Positions 24,671 through 38,453 of a stretch of 64,000 nucleotides of DNA are shown here, one piece after another. Positions within the stretch are counted from its first letter, which is position 1. Each line of letters starts with the position of its first letter. The notes under the pieces were generated by a model that was not told the origin of the DNA, did not search any database, and saw nothing but the letters and a program-made list of their open reading frames with translations. The DNA is from an uncultured Hormoscilla sp. Lineage in GTDB: Bacteria > Cyanobacteriota > Cyanobacteriia > Cyanobacteriales > Desertifilaceae. Location: NCBI GenBank assembly GCA_963921275.4, contig OZ001293.3, positions 6,656,001 through 6,720,000 of the forward strand. The letters are read 5' to 3'. Made by a program: the position numbers and the translations under genes.

Positions 24671-25706
24671 CTAGCGAATAGTTATCACCTGGGGTGGTGT
24701 CGCATCTGGCGGATAGAGGAAGTCTAGTTGCACTAGGCGTCTTTCTCCCCCTGCCATTGACAATTTTACCAAAGGTTCCCCCGCCCCGGCGCTGCACCAG
24801 ATGCACGTACCGAGTTTGGGGAATTCCTCCGTCATCATTATACTATAGGCGGATGGTTCCCCGAAAGGCCACCCCTCGACCTGCTGAAAATCTCAATCCT
24901 CCTTTTGTTAGTTGGTCTTCTTTAATGGGAAAATGGAAGGCGATCGTCACCGGTTGTTCTTCCTTCCTGGGATTATAAACTGGCAAAGAGAGACTGTATT
25001 GGACTCCATAATTCCCATGGGCTTGATATGCTGTATCCTGGTAACGGGCCAACATCGGCGCACTTTGAATTTGCTTTGTCCCCAGAGTACCAGCTAACAG
25101 GGTACTAATCCCATAAGATAATGCTTTGCCTGGTTCCGGAATGGTTAAATAACTTTTCCGATCGCCATCTACTATTTTACCTTGCCATTGGGAACCTCGC
25201 GCTACCCCCGCTACCCTACCATATCTTATCTCTCCTGTGGCGCGATCGGGCCTTGTCGGTCTCGGTTCTCGTGGTCCTGCTAACTCCCCTGTTTCCAACA
25301 ATTCCTGCCATGCTGCTAAACTGGGGTCATTCCCATCTGCATTATTTTTAGCAAACATCGCCAAACTGGCAGCATACGCTACGCTATTGCACCGCTACTC
25401 CGCAACCGCATCAAGGTCGATCGCCCGTTGATTGGCGGGACAAGCGATCGCACGGGAATTGGCAGATTAAGTAACATCTGACTTGAGTCGGGTGGAATTA
25501 CCATCTTAGCAGGAAATTCCGGTTGTCGCTTTCCCCGCAGGATGTCTCGTCGCGCGATCGCCCGGTCCAGAGTACAGAGTACCCAAAGGATTTTCCAGCA
25601 ATGGCGGTAACTCGATTTCGGGACTGTTGCTGTTAAATACTGGAACTGCATCCAACTGTCCTGGTAAAGGTCGCACTGCAAGACTAAGAACTACCTCTTT
25701 TGCCAT
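24671..25706 (-). pseudogene. DUF3370-like protein, frameshifted
   Basis: VRPLPGQLDAVPVFNSNSPE...AHGNYGVQY...FLYPPDATPPQV across several frames. Confidence 0.8.
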
Positions 25707-25963
25707 TTATCCTGAGTTGTGGGTTGTTAGTTGTTAGTTGTGGGTTGATTACTGACCACCGCCGACCACTGACTACTAACACTATCTGGATTTATTATAC
25801 CATAAAGTATTGACAATGAACAAATAACCATGAATCAGATTATTATATGCTTGACCATGATAACTGCTATCTTACCAGGACCAGTAGCGTAAGGTGGGGA
25901 TATCGGGTTAAGGATGAAAATATTATATAATACAGAGAGTTCAGCTTTCAAGGAAATCGAGCC

Positions 25964-26599
25964 ATGTCATTTATCGCCGTGGTAGACTACGATATGGGAA
26001 ATCTGCACTCCGTCTGTAAAGGACTGGAGAAGGCAGGTACAAACCCGAAAATAACTGATTCCGCCAGAGAAATCAAACTGGCAGATGCGGTGCTATTGCC
26101 AGGCGTGGGATCCTTTGACCCCACAGTCCAAAACTTGCGATCGCGCGGGTTAGAGGATGCCATCAAGGAGGCGATCGCCAGTGGGAAACCGTTCTTAGGC
26201 ATCTGTATGGGTTTGCAAATCTTGTTTGACAGCAGCGAAGAAGGGAAAGAACCGGGTTTAGGCATTATACCGGGTAAAGTGCGCCGATTTCAATCGGAAC
26301 CAAACATCACTATACCACATATGGGCTGGAACCAGCTAGAACTTACTCAACCAGATGTTCTTCTTTGGCAAAATCTCCTTGCTAACCCTTGGGTTTATTT
26401 CGTGCATTCCTATTATGTAGACCCAGTTGACCCCAAAATCCGCGCCGCAACTATTACCCACGGCAGTCAAACCGTAACTGCCGCGATCGCCCGTGGTAAC
26501 CTGATGGCAGTGCAGTTTCACCCTGAAAAGTCCTCTACCATTGGGTTACAAATGCTTTCTAACTTTGTAAGTCAATTGCCAACCAAGATTGCTGCTTAA
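25964..26599 (+). CDS. hisH: Imidazole glycerol phosphate synthase glutaminase subunit
   Basis: DYDMGNL, LPGVGSF, GICMG, YFVHSY and QFHPEKS motifs. Confidence 0.97.
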   Translation: MSFIAVVDYDMGNLHSVCKGLEKAGTNPKITDSAREIKLADAVLLPGVGSFDPTVQNLRSRGLEDAIKEAIASGKPFLGICMGLQILFDSSEEGKEPGLGIIPGKVRRFQSEPNITIPHMGWNQLELTQPDVLLWQNLLANPWVYFVHSYYVDPVDPKIRAATITHGSQTVTAAIARGNLMAVQFHPEKSSTIGLQMLSNFVSQLPTKIAA

Positions 26600-26658
26600 T
26601 GGTAAGTAGGGTGGGCATTGCCCACCTTACAATTATACATTACCTACTACCGTAAAAT

Positions 26659-27198
26659 ATGAGCGTGAGAATATACGGCAACCGCCAATTAAAAACCTTA
26701 CCCGGACAAGCAACCCGACCGACAACAGGACGGGTGCGGGAGGCATTATTTAATATCTGGCAGGGTAAAATAGCTGGTTGTAGGTGGTTAGATTTATGTG
26801 CTGGGAACGGTTCAATGGGTGCCGAAGCTTTGTGTCGGGGGGCCGCCTGGGTGGTGGGAATTGAAAAGTCCTCTCGCCCTTGCAGTATTATCCGCCAAAA
26901 TTGGCAAATGGTGGCATCTGATGCAGAACTATTTCAAGTATTGCGCGGAGATGTAGTCCAGCAGTTGGAAAAACTGGCCGGACAACAGTTTGATCGCATC
27001 TATTTCGATCCCCCTTATGAAAGCGATCTATATCAACCAGTCTTGGAGGCGATCGGCCATTACCAGATCTTAGCACCCAGCGGCGAGATGGCAGTCGAAC
27101 ATAATTCGGAGCGATCGCCCTTTGCGGGAAATGAGACCTTAGAAATTTGTCGCCAGAAGGTTTATGGCAATACCGGTTTAACTTTCTACCAAGGGTAG
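26659..27198 (+). CDS. rsmD: 16S rRNA m2G966 methyltransferase
   Basis: TRPT..RVREALFNI, LDLCAGNG and DPPY motifs. Confidence 0.93.
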   Translation: MSVRIYGNRQLKTLPGQATRPTTGRVREALFNIWQGKIAGCRWLDLCAGNGSMGAEALCRGAAWVVGIEKSSRPCSIIRQNWQMVASDAELFQVLRGDVVQQLEKLAGQQFDRIYFDPPYESDLYQPVLEAIGHYQILAPSGEMAVEHNSERSPFAGNETLEICRQKVYGNTGLTFYQG

Positions 27199-27278
27199 GG
27201 CAGAACTGACTTAAAGCAGCAGCTAGCAATCCCCCCGCCCCTTATGAGATGAAGATCACTTCCTCCAAACCCGGTTTC

Positions 27279-27608
27279 TTATACGGGAGATTTAACCCCC
27301 GGCGGGCGATCGGGAAAACTGCCAGTTCTCAATTCTAACCAACGTTTGAGCGACTTCTGACTTTCTCCTGACGGGTGACCGAGAATGATATTCTTGATAC
27401 TAATATCTTCATCTAGGTCAGGCCAGTGTATTCCCTCCTTACTAGCTGTTAATCGCCAATTATTGCGTTCTTCCTGCGAGCCATGCAAGAGCCGAGGATA
27501 CCACGCTAAGGGCACAGAAATTATTCGATCGTCCGACAGATTTACTGTTAACGAATCATCTGTAACTGCCACTTGCTGTACTTGGGAAATTTTCAGTGTG
27601 TCAATCAT
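27279..27608 (-). CDS. DUF2442 protein
   Basis: ISVPLAWYPRL...GIHWPDLDEDISI; start may be 27623. Confidence 0.88.
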   Translation of the reverse strand: MIDTLKISQVQQVAVTDDSLTVNLSDDRIISVPLAWYPRLLHGSQEERNNWRLTASKEGIHWPDLDEDISIKNIILGHPSGESQKSLKRWLELRTGSFPDRPPGVKSPV

Positions 27609-27840
27609 TATTGAAGAAGTCATACCAGCCCTCCAGTAACTGATTTTGGTACTCTTCAACTAGCTTCTGAATGCGATTTATTTCTTTAGCGGAAAATCCT
27701 TTGTTATCTTGCAAGCGGACTGGACTGAGCCAGAACTTGGCCTCTTTGTCATCACGCTCAACATGAATATGAGGTGGCTCTTCCCGATCGCCGGCATAGC
27801 AAAAGAAACGGCACGGTCCTAGCCGAAGTAAGCTTGGCAT
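27601..27840 (-). CDS. DUF4160 protein (TA-like partner of DUF2442)
   Basis: EPPHIHVER...AKFWL; overlaps the partner gene. Confidence 0.88.
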   Translation of the reverse strand: MPSLLRLGPCRFFCYAGDREEPPHIHVERDDKEAKFWLSPVRLQDNKGFSAKEINRIQKLVEEYQNQLLEGWYDFFNND

Positions 27841-27899
27841 TCAAAATGATAGTTACGAGAATTTCATTCTAGCCCAATAGGAGGCACCCGCGCCAACCC

Positions 27900-28603
27900 T
27901 CAGTCAGTCGAACTCCGCAGCAAGGAAACTAGGGCGACTCCCGTCAGTTCACCGACCACCAACCATGCTATAGCCAAACCCAGTACATCTCCCAGAAAAA
28001 AGTTCGTCGCCAGGCGCAACATGCCCCCTACACCCCATCCGATCGCCAGACCTATGGCCCAACTTACTGTACTTACCAATGTCCACAACCAAGCCCGAAG
28101 CACTTTCTGACTGATTACCAACCATTGTAGCGGTCCCAGCCAACATCCGATCTGCACCCCGTCCCCAAACCCAAATATTAATCTCAAAGGAATTTGCATA
28201 GTTTGCGGTACCACCCACCCCAAGGCCCCAAGATCGCTAGCCTTAATGTATCCCCTCCCGATCTGGCCCAACTCAGTAGAGGTTCCTGATACCTCTCCGT
28301 AACTTGCTTGGCGACCTTATTGGGATAAAAAGTATAACCTCGATTCCAAACTACAGGATATACTGTGTTAAAGTTGAGTTGGGACAGTTGCCCGATCGCC
28401 CGGTTAATGCCCCAAGGGGAAAATAGCACGCCACTGCTAACATTAGTTAACCAGACTCCTCTGATCTCGGGCGCTGGCTGCACCTCAACAGGACCCTTCG
28501 TCACCGACGGTGGCAGGGGCGAGTCCTGGATTAATACTGCCAGTGCGATCGCCAGACCCAGGCAGTAGAAATAAATCAACCATGACTGCCCTCTATTATA
28601 CAT
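27900..28603 (-). pseudogene. Deletion fusion of a GHL10-like glycoside hydrolase N-terminus and a membrane protein C-terminus
   Basis: EIRGVWLTN...NTVYPVVWNRG breaks off near 28250 and continues as Trp/Gly-rich TM segments in another frame. Confidence 0.7.
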
Positions 28604-28714
28604 AAAAAATCTCCTTCCTTTAAGCGTCAGGTTCGTAGTAAGCACTTCGATGCACTGCGCTACTCGCACTACCCCTCGCGCATCGAAGCGTGCTTCCCTC
28701 ACTCTCGTTCGTAG

Positions 28715-29638
28715 TAATAACTTTTCATCCCACAGTTGCTAGATCAAATGCGTTCGTGGCGATTGGCCATTTCATCCTCTGAAAGGATATCTTCTACTTC
28801 GCGACCAAAGAAGATCGTTTTCAATGCTACCTTCTCCGGCTCTGTTAACTCCGGCGTAGCATCCACTATATCAAACCAACTACTGTATTGATGCCAACAA
28901 TTGTGAAATCGCTCGAAAAAGTCCTCAATATTCAGGTTGCCATCCGCTTCTATAAGTACAAACCCCAGCGGTTCCATAAGATAAAGCTGGCGCAGCACCC
29001 GATCGCGTTCATCTCCCTCATGGGGTTCGCTCACAATATGGTGCAGAGAGTACGTTAATGGCTACCTTGCCTCCAAAGCGCGATCGCAAATCCTGCCACT
29101 CTGCAAAAGTTAAATCTTCAGCACACTTATTTATCCCTATGTAATCTACTTCAAATGGCAGATTTTTACTGACATTTTTAATCGCTTCCCCCGCTGCTTT
29201 CATGCTGTCTGCTACAGGTTCTAGTCCTAAACAAGTGAATTTATGCGGGGGATTATCTGTTTTTCCCACCATTTCCATCACCGCGATCGCCTGATTTCCC
29301 TTACCCAGCCCCAGATCCAGATAAGCAACTTCAGATAAATTGCTTTCTGTAATGTAACGCGCTCGCACCTGGTTACCAATTTCGTATGCTTTTTTCCATG
29401 CTGGTAGTTTAGCAAAAGCATCAAATATATCTATATGAGATTGGTCATCATCTTTACCAAAATAGATGTTGCCTTGCTCGATATAGTCGAAATCAAGTTT
29501 CTTCTTCAATGCATCAGCAAAGATGTACTCCCTTGTCTGGGTGTTGCGATCGTATTCTAGACTGTGAAGCAGATGATAAGCAGTACGGACACTACCTTCC
29601 TGCAAATGCTGCACGACCTCAAATAGTGGATGTGGCAT
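28715..29638 (-). pseudogene. Bacterial GRAS-domain protein, frameshifted
   Basis: YLDLGLGKGNQ, VAIN/SLHHI, VLIEADGNLN..FFERF, FFGREVEDIL and RHE..W motifs in GRAS order. Confidence 0.75.
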
Positions 29639-30045
29639 ATTTGATTCCCGATCGCGTAGCGTGCGCGCAGCGCATTCTTAGCTAACTTTTCCTTTTCTCT
29701 CGTTTCTCTCGTTGCCAGGTAGAACCTGGCAACGATTATCTGGAGGCTCCCGCCTCCAATCAGCGCATCCATGCCAATTCAAGTATGGTAACATGGGCTA
29801 TCGATGCTCTCTGGGAATAGCGATCTCGCGACGATGGTACAGGCGAAACTAGAGGCTCTGCCTCTATTAGCCGTTCCCAGCCTGAGACTGGGAACGAGGG
29901 TAGTCAACGAAGCATGGATTAAACGCTTTCTATATAAGGTTTTCAGTCGATTTTCAACCGACTTCAGCTATTAGCCGTGGGTTTGAATCCACGGCGGGCC
30001 AGGAGACCAATTGAGAATGGTGCAAGATCTCACTTGTACGTGACT

Positions 30046-31071
<1,026 letters not shown>

Positions 31072-31927
31072 CTAACCTCCTTGAGTAATGTTTTTGCAGA
31101 CTCTCCTCCTAAGGACAAGAGTGCTCTAGATTTATATGCTCTCAACAATCTATCATGCTCTCTGCCTTACGCCCACAAATACATAAAATTTTTAGGATCT
31201 CCCTTTCGTGACAATACCTCAAGAGGCGAAATTACCCCCAGGCGTTTGGTTGTACGAACACCACGAGTTTCGACAAGTTCCGATAGAGGATCTACCCCGA
31301 TGGAAAGAAGCGGGCGTTATGCAATGGTCCCCTGGGGATATGGAAGTATTGGAAGCGCTGACGCACGCTACGCTGCTAGCGCGATCGCTGCGCTTCCGAT
31401 CGGAGATATTACTCTAGCGGAAATTATAGAGTCAGCACGAGAAGCCATCTACAGTCCGAAACACCGGTAATATCTACAACCAATCTACCCACAATTATCA
31501 TAGAAACGGAATATTCGTGCTCAGACACAGAGTATTCGTGCTCAGACACAGAGTATTCGTGCTCAGGCGTCGTGTAGGGCCGGTAGATATAAAAGACCGC
31601 TTTTCAGCAAGTGATTCATTTCGTATACGAATCGTAGACGAAGAAAGCCAGCGTCGGAGGAAACCTGCTGGGGTATGAGGTTGCGAAATATGGGTTAAAT
31701 TGAAAAACACCCAACTCCGACGGTATATTAGCAAATAAATTTGATAATTTCCGTAAAATATGTTTTAATGACTGTAGTTAAAGCAGGAAATGTTACCAAT
31801 GTCGCCGGTAACCAACACTTGAGTTATAATAAACAAACGTGCCACTCGTTCCGGCGTAAGTCAGAAATATGACGATAGTCGGGCTAGTATTACACCAGCA
31901 CCTCAAAATCAATTCAGCAACCAAAAA

Positions 31928-34900
31928 ATGAAGCATAAATCTTTTACCAACACCATCGTAGTAGTGGATGCCTCCCTAGAAAACTACCAGCAGCTTATAG
32001 ACGGCATCCGGCCTGGGGCCAAATCTTTCCTCTTAGACCTTCGGTCCGATGGCATCAAACAGATCGGCGAACTTCTCCGACAGCATCGAGAAACCGAGGT
32101 TCTGCACCTACTTTCCCACGGCAGCCCTGGCTGTCTGTATCTGGGAAACTCCCAACTGAGTTTAGATACTCTAGGAGATTACGCCTCTACCCTGCAGAAG
32201 TGGAAAGTAAAACAACTCCTACTCTACGGCTGTAACGTCGCCGCCGGAGATGCAGGAGAGGAGTTGATGACTAAGCTACAGGCCCTGACCGGGGCATCCC
32301 TCGCCGCCTCTACTACCCGGACAGGGGCAGCAGCCCGGGGCGGAAATTGGAAGTTGGAGTGGCGAACTCCGGGGATGAAAACTCCCTTAGCATTGTCCGC
32401 AGAAGCTCAGATGGCCTATGGGGGCATATTGATCTCCCAGCAGGAGTATCAGGCCTTAAGGGCTCTCTATCAAAGCACCAATGGAACTTCTTGGATTAAC
32501 AATACAGGCTGGCGGGACTGGAATTTCAACAGCCCAACTCCCCCCAATGATTCTGTTTTTAATCGTTGGCATGGAGTGACGGTAGTTAACGACAGGTGAC
32601 GAAACTCTGGCTGTTCTCCAACCAACTGACTGGCAGCATCCCGACGGAGTTAGGGAATCTTTCCAATTTGAACAATCTCGCGCTGTTCGACAACCAACTG
32701 ACTGGCAGCATCCCGACGGAGTTAGGGAATCTTTCCAATTTGGAGTTTCTCTGGCTGTACTCCAACCAACTGACTGGCAGCATCCCGACGGAGTTAGGGA
32801 ATCTTTCCAATTTGGAGTTTCTCTACCTGAACAACAACCTCCTGACTGGCACCATCCCCCAAGGGGGTCATAGATTTGAGGGCTAACAAGCAATTGGAAA
32901 ACCCCCCTTATGTTTTAACCGAGATTCCCGACGTCCAACTCTTGCTAGGTAATAACCTCAACATAGACATTAGCGCAAATTTCGGCGACATCAATAACAA
33001 CATCAACAACTACACAGCTACCGGTTTACCAGGGGGCGTAACCATCAACTCTCAGGGAGTTATCAGCGGTATCCCTACTACCGCAGACACCTTTACCGTG
33101 ACGGTAACCGCCATCGACAGAGCGAAATCTGAAGTGACAGATACCTTTGATATTGTTATAAAGAACTCCCCTCCTACCGATCTAGAACTCAGCAGCAGTA
33201 GCATTGATGAAAATTCCCCTGATAATGCAGTCGTAGGGACTTTCTCAACTATCGATCCTGACTCTTCCGATACCTTTACCTACCAGTTAGTCACAGGCGA
33301 CGGTGACAATAATAACGAAGCCTTCACCATAGAAGGGAACTCACTGCAAATTAACAGTTCCCCTGACTTTGAGACCAAGTCGAGTTACAGCATCCGCGTC
33401 CAAACTACCGACTCTACTGGGAACAGTTACTCTGAGGCCTTTACTATTAACGTCAATGATGTTGCCGAACGTCCCACCGACATCGAACTCTCTAGCAACA
33501 GCATTGATGAAAACTCCCCTGATAATGCAGTCGTGGGGACTTTCTCCACTAGCGACGAAGATAATGGAGATACCTTTACCTACCAGTTAGTCACAGGCGA
33601 CGGTGACGATGATAACGACGCCTTCACCATAGAAGGGAACTCACTGCAAATTAACAGTTCCCCTGACTTTGAGACCCAGTCCAGTTACAGCATCCGCGTC
33701 CAGACTACTGATGCTGGTGGGCTTAGTTACTCGGAGGCTTTTACTATTAATGTCAACAATGTCAACTCCTCTCCTACCGACCTAGTCCTTAGCAACAGCA
33801 GCATTGATGAAAACTCCCCTGATAATGCAGTCGTAGGGACTTTCTCAACTACCGATCCTGACGCTGACGATACCTTTACCTATCAGTTAGTCTCCGGCGC
33901 CGGTGCTGATGATAACGCCGCCTTCACCATAGTAGGGGACCAATTGCGAATTAACAGTTCTTTGGACTTTGAGACCCAGTCCAGTTACCTCATCCGCGTC
34001 CAAACTACCGACTCTGCTGAGGTCAGTTACTCGGAGGTCTTCATGATTAACGTCAATGATGTTGCCGAGTCTCCTACGGACATAGTCCTTAGCAACCGCC
34101 GCATCAACAATAGCATCAATGAAAACTCTCCATTGGGTGCAGTTGTGGGGACTTTCTCTACTGCCGATCCTGACGATGGAGATAGCTTTACCTACGAGTT
34201 AGTCTTCGGCAACAATGCTTTTACTATAGTAGGGGACCAACTGCTAACTAACAGTTCTTTGGACTTTGAGACTCAGTCGAGTTACATCATCTTCGTTCAA
34301 ACTACCGACTCTGCTAATAATGCTTTGGAGTCGGTCTTGATTATTGACGTGAATGATGTTGCCGAATCTCCGACGGCGATCAATCTCAGCAGCAGCAGTA
34401 TTGATGAAAACTCGCCATTGGGTGCAGTTGTGGGGACTTTCAGAACTACTGACCCCGAGGATGGAGATAGCTTTACTTATATGCTTGTCTCAGGCGTTGG
34501 TGATGATGATAATGACGCTTTCACCATAGTAGGGGACTCACTGCGAATTAACAGTTCTTTGGACTTTGAGACTCAGTCGAGTTATAGCCTCCGCGTCCAG
34601 ACTACTGATGCTACTGGGGCCAGTTATGAGTCGGCTTTGACTATTAGCGTCATTGATGTTGCCGAACCTCCGACGGACATCAACCTCAGCAGCAGCAGCA
34701 TCAACGAAAATTCTCCATTGGGTGCAGTTGTGGGGACTTTGTCTACTAGCGATCCCGACGAGGGAGATAGCTTTACCTATATGCTTGTCTCGGGCAACAA
34801 TGCTTTTACTATAGTAGGGGACCAACTGCTAACTAACAGTTCTTTGGACTTTGAGACTCAGTCGAGTTACAGCCTCCGCGTCCAGACTACTGATGCTACT

Positions 34901-36763
34901 GGGGCCAGTTATGAGTCGGCTTTGACTATTAGCGTCATTGATGTTGCCGAACCTCCGACGGACATCAACCTCAGCAGCAGCAGCATCAACGAAAATTCTC
35001 CATTGGGTGCAGTTGTGGGGACTTTGTCTACTAGCGATCCCGACGAGGGAGATAGCTTTACCTATATGCTTGTCTCGGGCAACAATGCCTTTACTATAGT
35101 AGGGGACCAACTGCTAACTAACAGTTCTTTGGACTTTGAGACTCAGTCGAGTTACAACCTCCGCGTCCAGACTACTGACTCTGCTAGTAATAGTTTTGAG
35201 GAGGTCTTGACTATTAATGTTATAGATCTGGCAGAGAATTCTTCTCCTACCGATATAGTTCTTAGCAGCAGCAGCATCAACGAAAATTATTCATTGGGTA
35301 CAGTTGTGGGGACTTTGTCTACTAGCGATCCCGACGAGGGAGATAGCTTTACCTATATGCTTGTCTCGGGCAACAATGCCTTTACTATAGTAGGGGACCA
35401 ACTGCTAACTAACAGTTCTTTGGACTTTGAGACTCAGTCCAGTTACAGCCTCCGCGTCCAGACTACTGACTCTGCTAATAACAGTTATTCGGAGGTCTTG
35501 ACTATTAACGTGAATGATGTTGCAGAGAATTCCCCTCCTACTGATATAATTCTTAGCAGCAGCATCAATATCAACGAAAACTCCCCAGCCAATACTGTCG
35601 TGGGGACTTTCGGAACTACTGACCCCGACGAGGGAGATAGCTTTACCTACATGCTTGTCTCCGGCAACAATGCCTTCACCATAGTAGGGAACCAACTGCG
35701 AATTAACAATTCCCCTGACTTTGAGACTCAGTCCAGTTACAGCCTCCGCGTCCAGACTACCGACTCGACTGGGGCCAGTTACTCGGAGGTCTTGATTATT
35801 AACGTCAACGATGTCGGCGAGTCTCCTACCGACCTAGTCCTTAGCAGCAGCAGCATCAATGAAGATTCCCCTGAGGGTGCAGTTGTGGGGACTTTGTCTA
35901 CTAGCGATCCCGATAATGGAGATACTTTTACTTACCAGTTAGTCTCGGGCGACGGTGACGATGATAATGCTGCTTTCACTATAGTAGGGAACCAACTGCG
36001 AATTAACAGTTCTCCGGATTTTGAGACTCAGGAGATTTACAGGATATTCGTTCAGACTACCGACTTGACTGGGAACAGTTACTCGGAGGCTTTGATTATT
36101 AATGTGAACAATATTGCTGAGTCTCCTACTGATATAGTTCTTAGTAATGGCAGCATTAATTCTAATTCCCGTGTGGGTGCGATCGTGGGGACTTTCGGAA
36201 CTAGCGATCCGGACGGGGGAAATACCTTTACCTACCGGTTAATCTCTGGTTTTGGTGACGATGATAACGCTGCTTTCACTATAGTAGGGGACCAATTGCT
36301 AATTAACAGTTCTCCGGCTTTGGAGATGAGGTCGAGTTACAGCATCCGCGTTCAGACTATTGACGTTACTGGGGCCAGTTACTCGGAGGCTTTGATTATT
36401 AATGTGAACGATGTTGCCGAATCTCCTGCTGACCTTAACTTCAGCAATACTCGTCAACCCCTAACTTTCAACCCCCAACCCCTAACTTTATCACTCTTTG
36501 AGAAGGAGGAGGAGGACACTCTGATCGGCGGGGAGGGAAGCGATACCCTCCACGGAGGAGAGGACGCCGATCTTTTTGTCTTGGGGTCGGGCATGGGCTG
36601 GGATACTATCATAGACTTTGAAGATGGCACGGACTTTATCAGGCTAGCAGGAGGTTCTCAGGGCCTCGATACCTGGATTAATTTTGAATCGAAAACCATG
36701 GCCACCCTTCCGGGGATTGATGAGACCCTGATTAATGTCGATGATTTCACTGTGGTTAATTGA
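31928..36763 (+). pseudogene. Large surface protein: DUF4347 + LRR + Ig/He_PIG-like + about 11 cadherin repeats + RTX-like C-terminus, in three frames
   Basis: HLLSHGSPG..LLYGCNVAAG; NQLTGSIPTELGNLSNL repeats; DFETQSSY cadherin units; frameshifts near 32592 and 32865. Confidence 0.88.
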
Positions 36764-37279
36764 AGTTTACCACGATTGGGGGAACCTCAATGCCTTCGCG
36801 ATGCCTTCCGGGTTTTCGCCGTGCGTCCGGAAGGCATCGTAGGTTGCCTGCGTTGCATCCCGAAGGCATCGAAGGGGCGATCTAGTTGAAAGCTCCGACC
36901 CTCTACCTCCTACTTTGGCAATCGCGATGGGGAGGACATCGATAGAAAAGAAGCATACAGCAGACTGTAGGAGACTCTTTGTGGCAGTATTATCTTGCGG
37001 TTCGGTGGAGCTAGGGCCCAATTTACTTCGATTCGAGAATCACTGTATATCATCAACCCCCAACCCCCAACCCCGGGCTTACAGGGGTATGTTTTTAGGG
37101 CACCTACGAAAGAATGAGAGTTTCAGCGCTATCAATCTCCTAATGGTGTTTGTCAGTAGATGAAAGAAACTTTTTTATCCCTGTTGTCCGGATGAAATCG
37201 GACCATATCCCCTATTCCCTCCTCTGCTTGTTTCCTCGGTATTTTGGGTACCAGTTCTGGCTGCTTAGAGTTTACCATA

Positions 37280-38019
37280 TTAAAAGGGTAGGTCATCCAA
37301 ATCGGCATCTGTCCAATCCGATTTTTCCGGAACGGTATGGCCCCTTAGATCCTGCTCTGGTAATTCTATCACGGCAGCGATCAACTTCCAGCAGGGGTCG
37401 CCTCCTTCCCAATTATCGGGTCGCCAGGGCATACTCAGACTAACGGTCACTAAGCAGGGCTGTTCTAAACGATAGCCCAACTCCAAATGTCTGGTAAATA
37501 TGGGGTCGGTAATGGTTGCGGTCAGTCTTTTACCCTTATCTGTCACTAAGTCACCTTCCCATTTCTTTGCCCCTGGAAATCGCTACCTTTAGTCCTAGCT
37601 GAGAATCTTACCGCTTTCACCAGTTGGAGAGTGATTCTCTGTTCTCCTGGTAAGGACTGCAACCAATCCACGGTAACATAGCGACGGTCATTGTGGAGAA
37701 TATCTGTGTCCTTACTGCAATATTGACTCGCCTCTTGGGGAGTCACCTGTCCGATTTTTCGCGATTTCCCGGGCAAGATGTCTTGATTTTCACTTTCAAA
37801 GCCAAAGTCTTCTCCTGTTTTGGCCAGGGGGATTTCCAGCAGGTCTAATAATGCTGGTTCTCTCCTGTTTATCTGGCGCATTTCTTTGGGAACGCGACCG
37901 TCAGGTAAACTGGAAGTTGGCCGCACCCATTTGCCGGTCCGGGGATTGATGCCAGCAATGCATCTATCTCTATGTTTCCATGAATTCGCCAAACAGATTA
38001 TCCTGGTTAAAGATGACAT
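37280..38019 (-). pseudogene. Dual OB-fold-like domain protein, frameshifted near 37560
   Basis: IICLANSWKHRDRCIAGI...WVRP, then ITDP...VTVSLSMPW...CWKLIAAVI in a second frame. Confidence 0.7.
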
Positions 38020-38453
38020 ATGTTAACATTCCCCCATTTTTCGTGCAAGTATTCTGCTACTAAGCGGCGATGACAGTGATGCGGTTGGGCTTCGCTGCAC
38101 AGCAAACAGCTACTTTCTACTATCTCTGGGGAGATTTTATCTTCTATTTGCCGTGACTCCATTAATTCCAAAAATCTTTGCTCGTAGGTTTCCCAATCAC
38201 CTCCTTTTTTCTTATATTCCTCTAGCATCTCTTTGGTTGGTGCTAAGTCTATCGCGTGTTGGTACTCTATCTTACAGATAGTTTTGAGGAAATACTCTAG
38301 GTCTTTGCGCTTGGCAAATCCTGCTAGTTGGGAAACGTTATTCAGTCTGGTGTTTAGCACTCGTTTAACCCCAGACTTGCTCAGACTTTCAAAGAATTCT
38401 TGGGCTGTCTTCTTGGTAAAACCAATCGTGTATAGGTTAATGGCATCAGTCAT
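38007..38453 (-). CDS. DUF488 family protein (short)
   Basis: LYTIGFTKK...RLNNVSQLAGFAK...CLLCSE..PHHCHRRLVAEYL. Confidence 0.9.
   Translation of the reverse strand: MTDAINLYTIGFTKKTAQEFFESLSKSGVKRVLNTRLNNVSQLAGFAKRKDLEYFLKTICKIEYQHAIDLAPTKEMLEEYKKKGGDWETYEQRFLELMESRQIEDKISPEIVESSCLLCSEAQPHHCHRRLVAEYLHEKWGNVNICHL

Noticed and set aside
31500..31927. Riboswitch upstream of the adhesin gene
   Set aside because: No recognisable aptamer consensus; only a short 21-nt tandem repeat at about 31512-31566
34538..35695. Repeated minus-strand MVPYY ORFs
   Set aside because: Antisense shadows of the cadherin repeats
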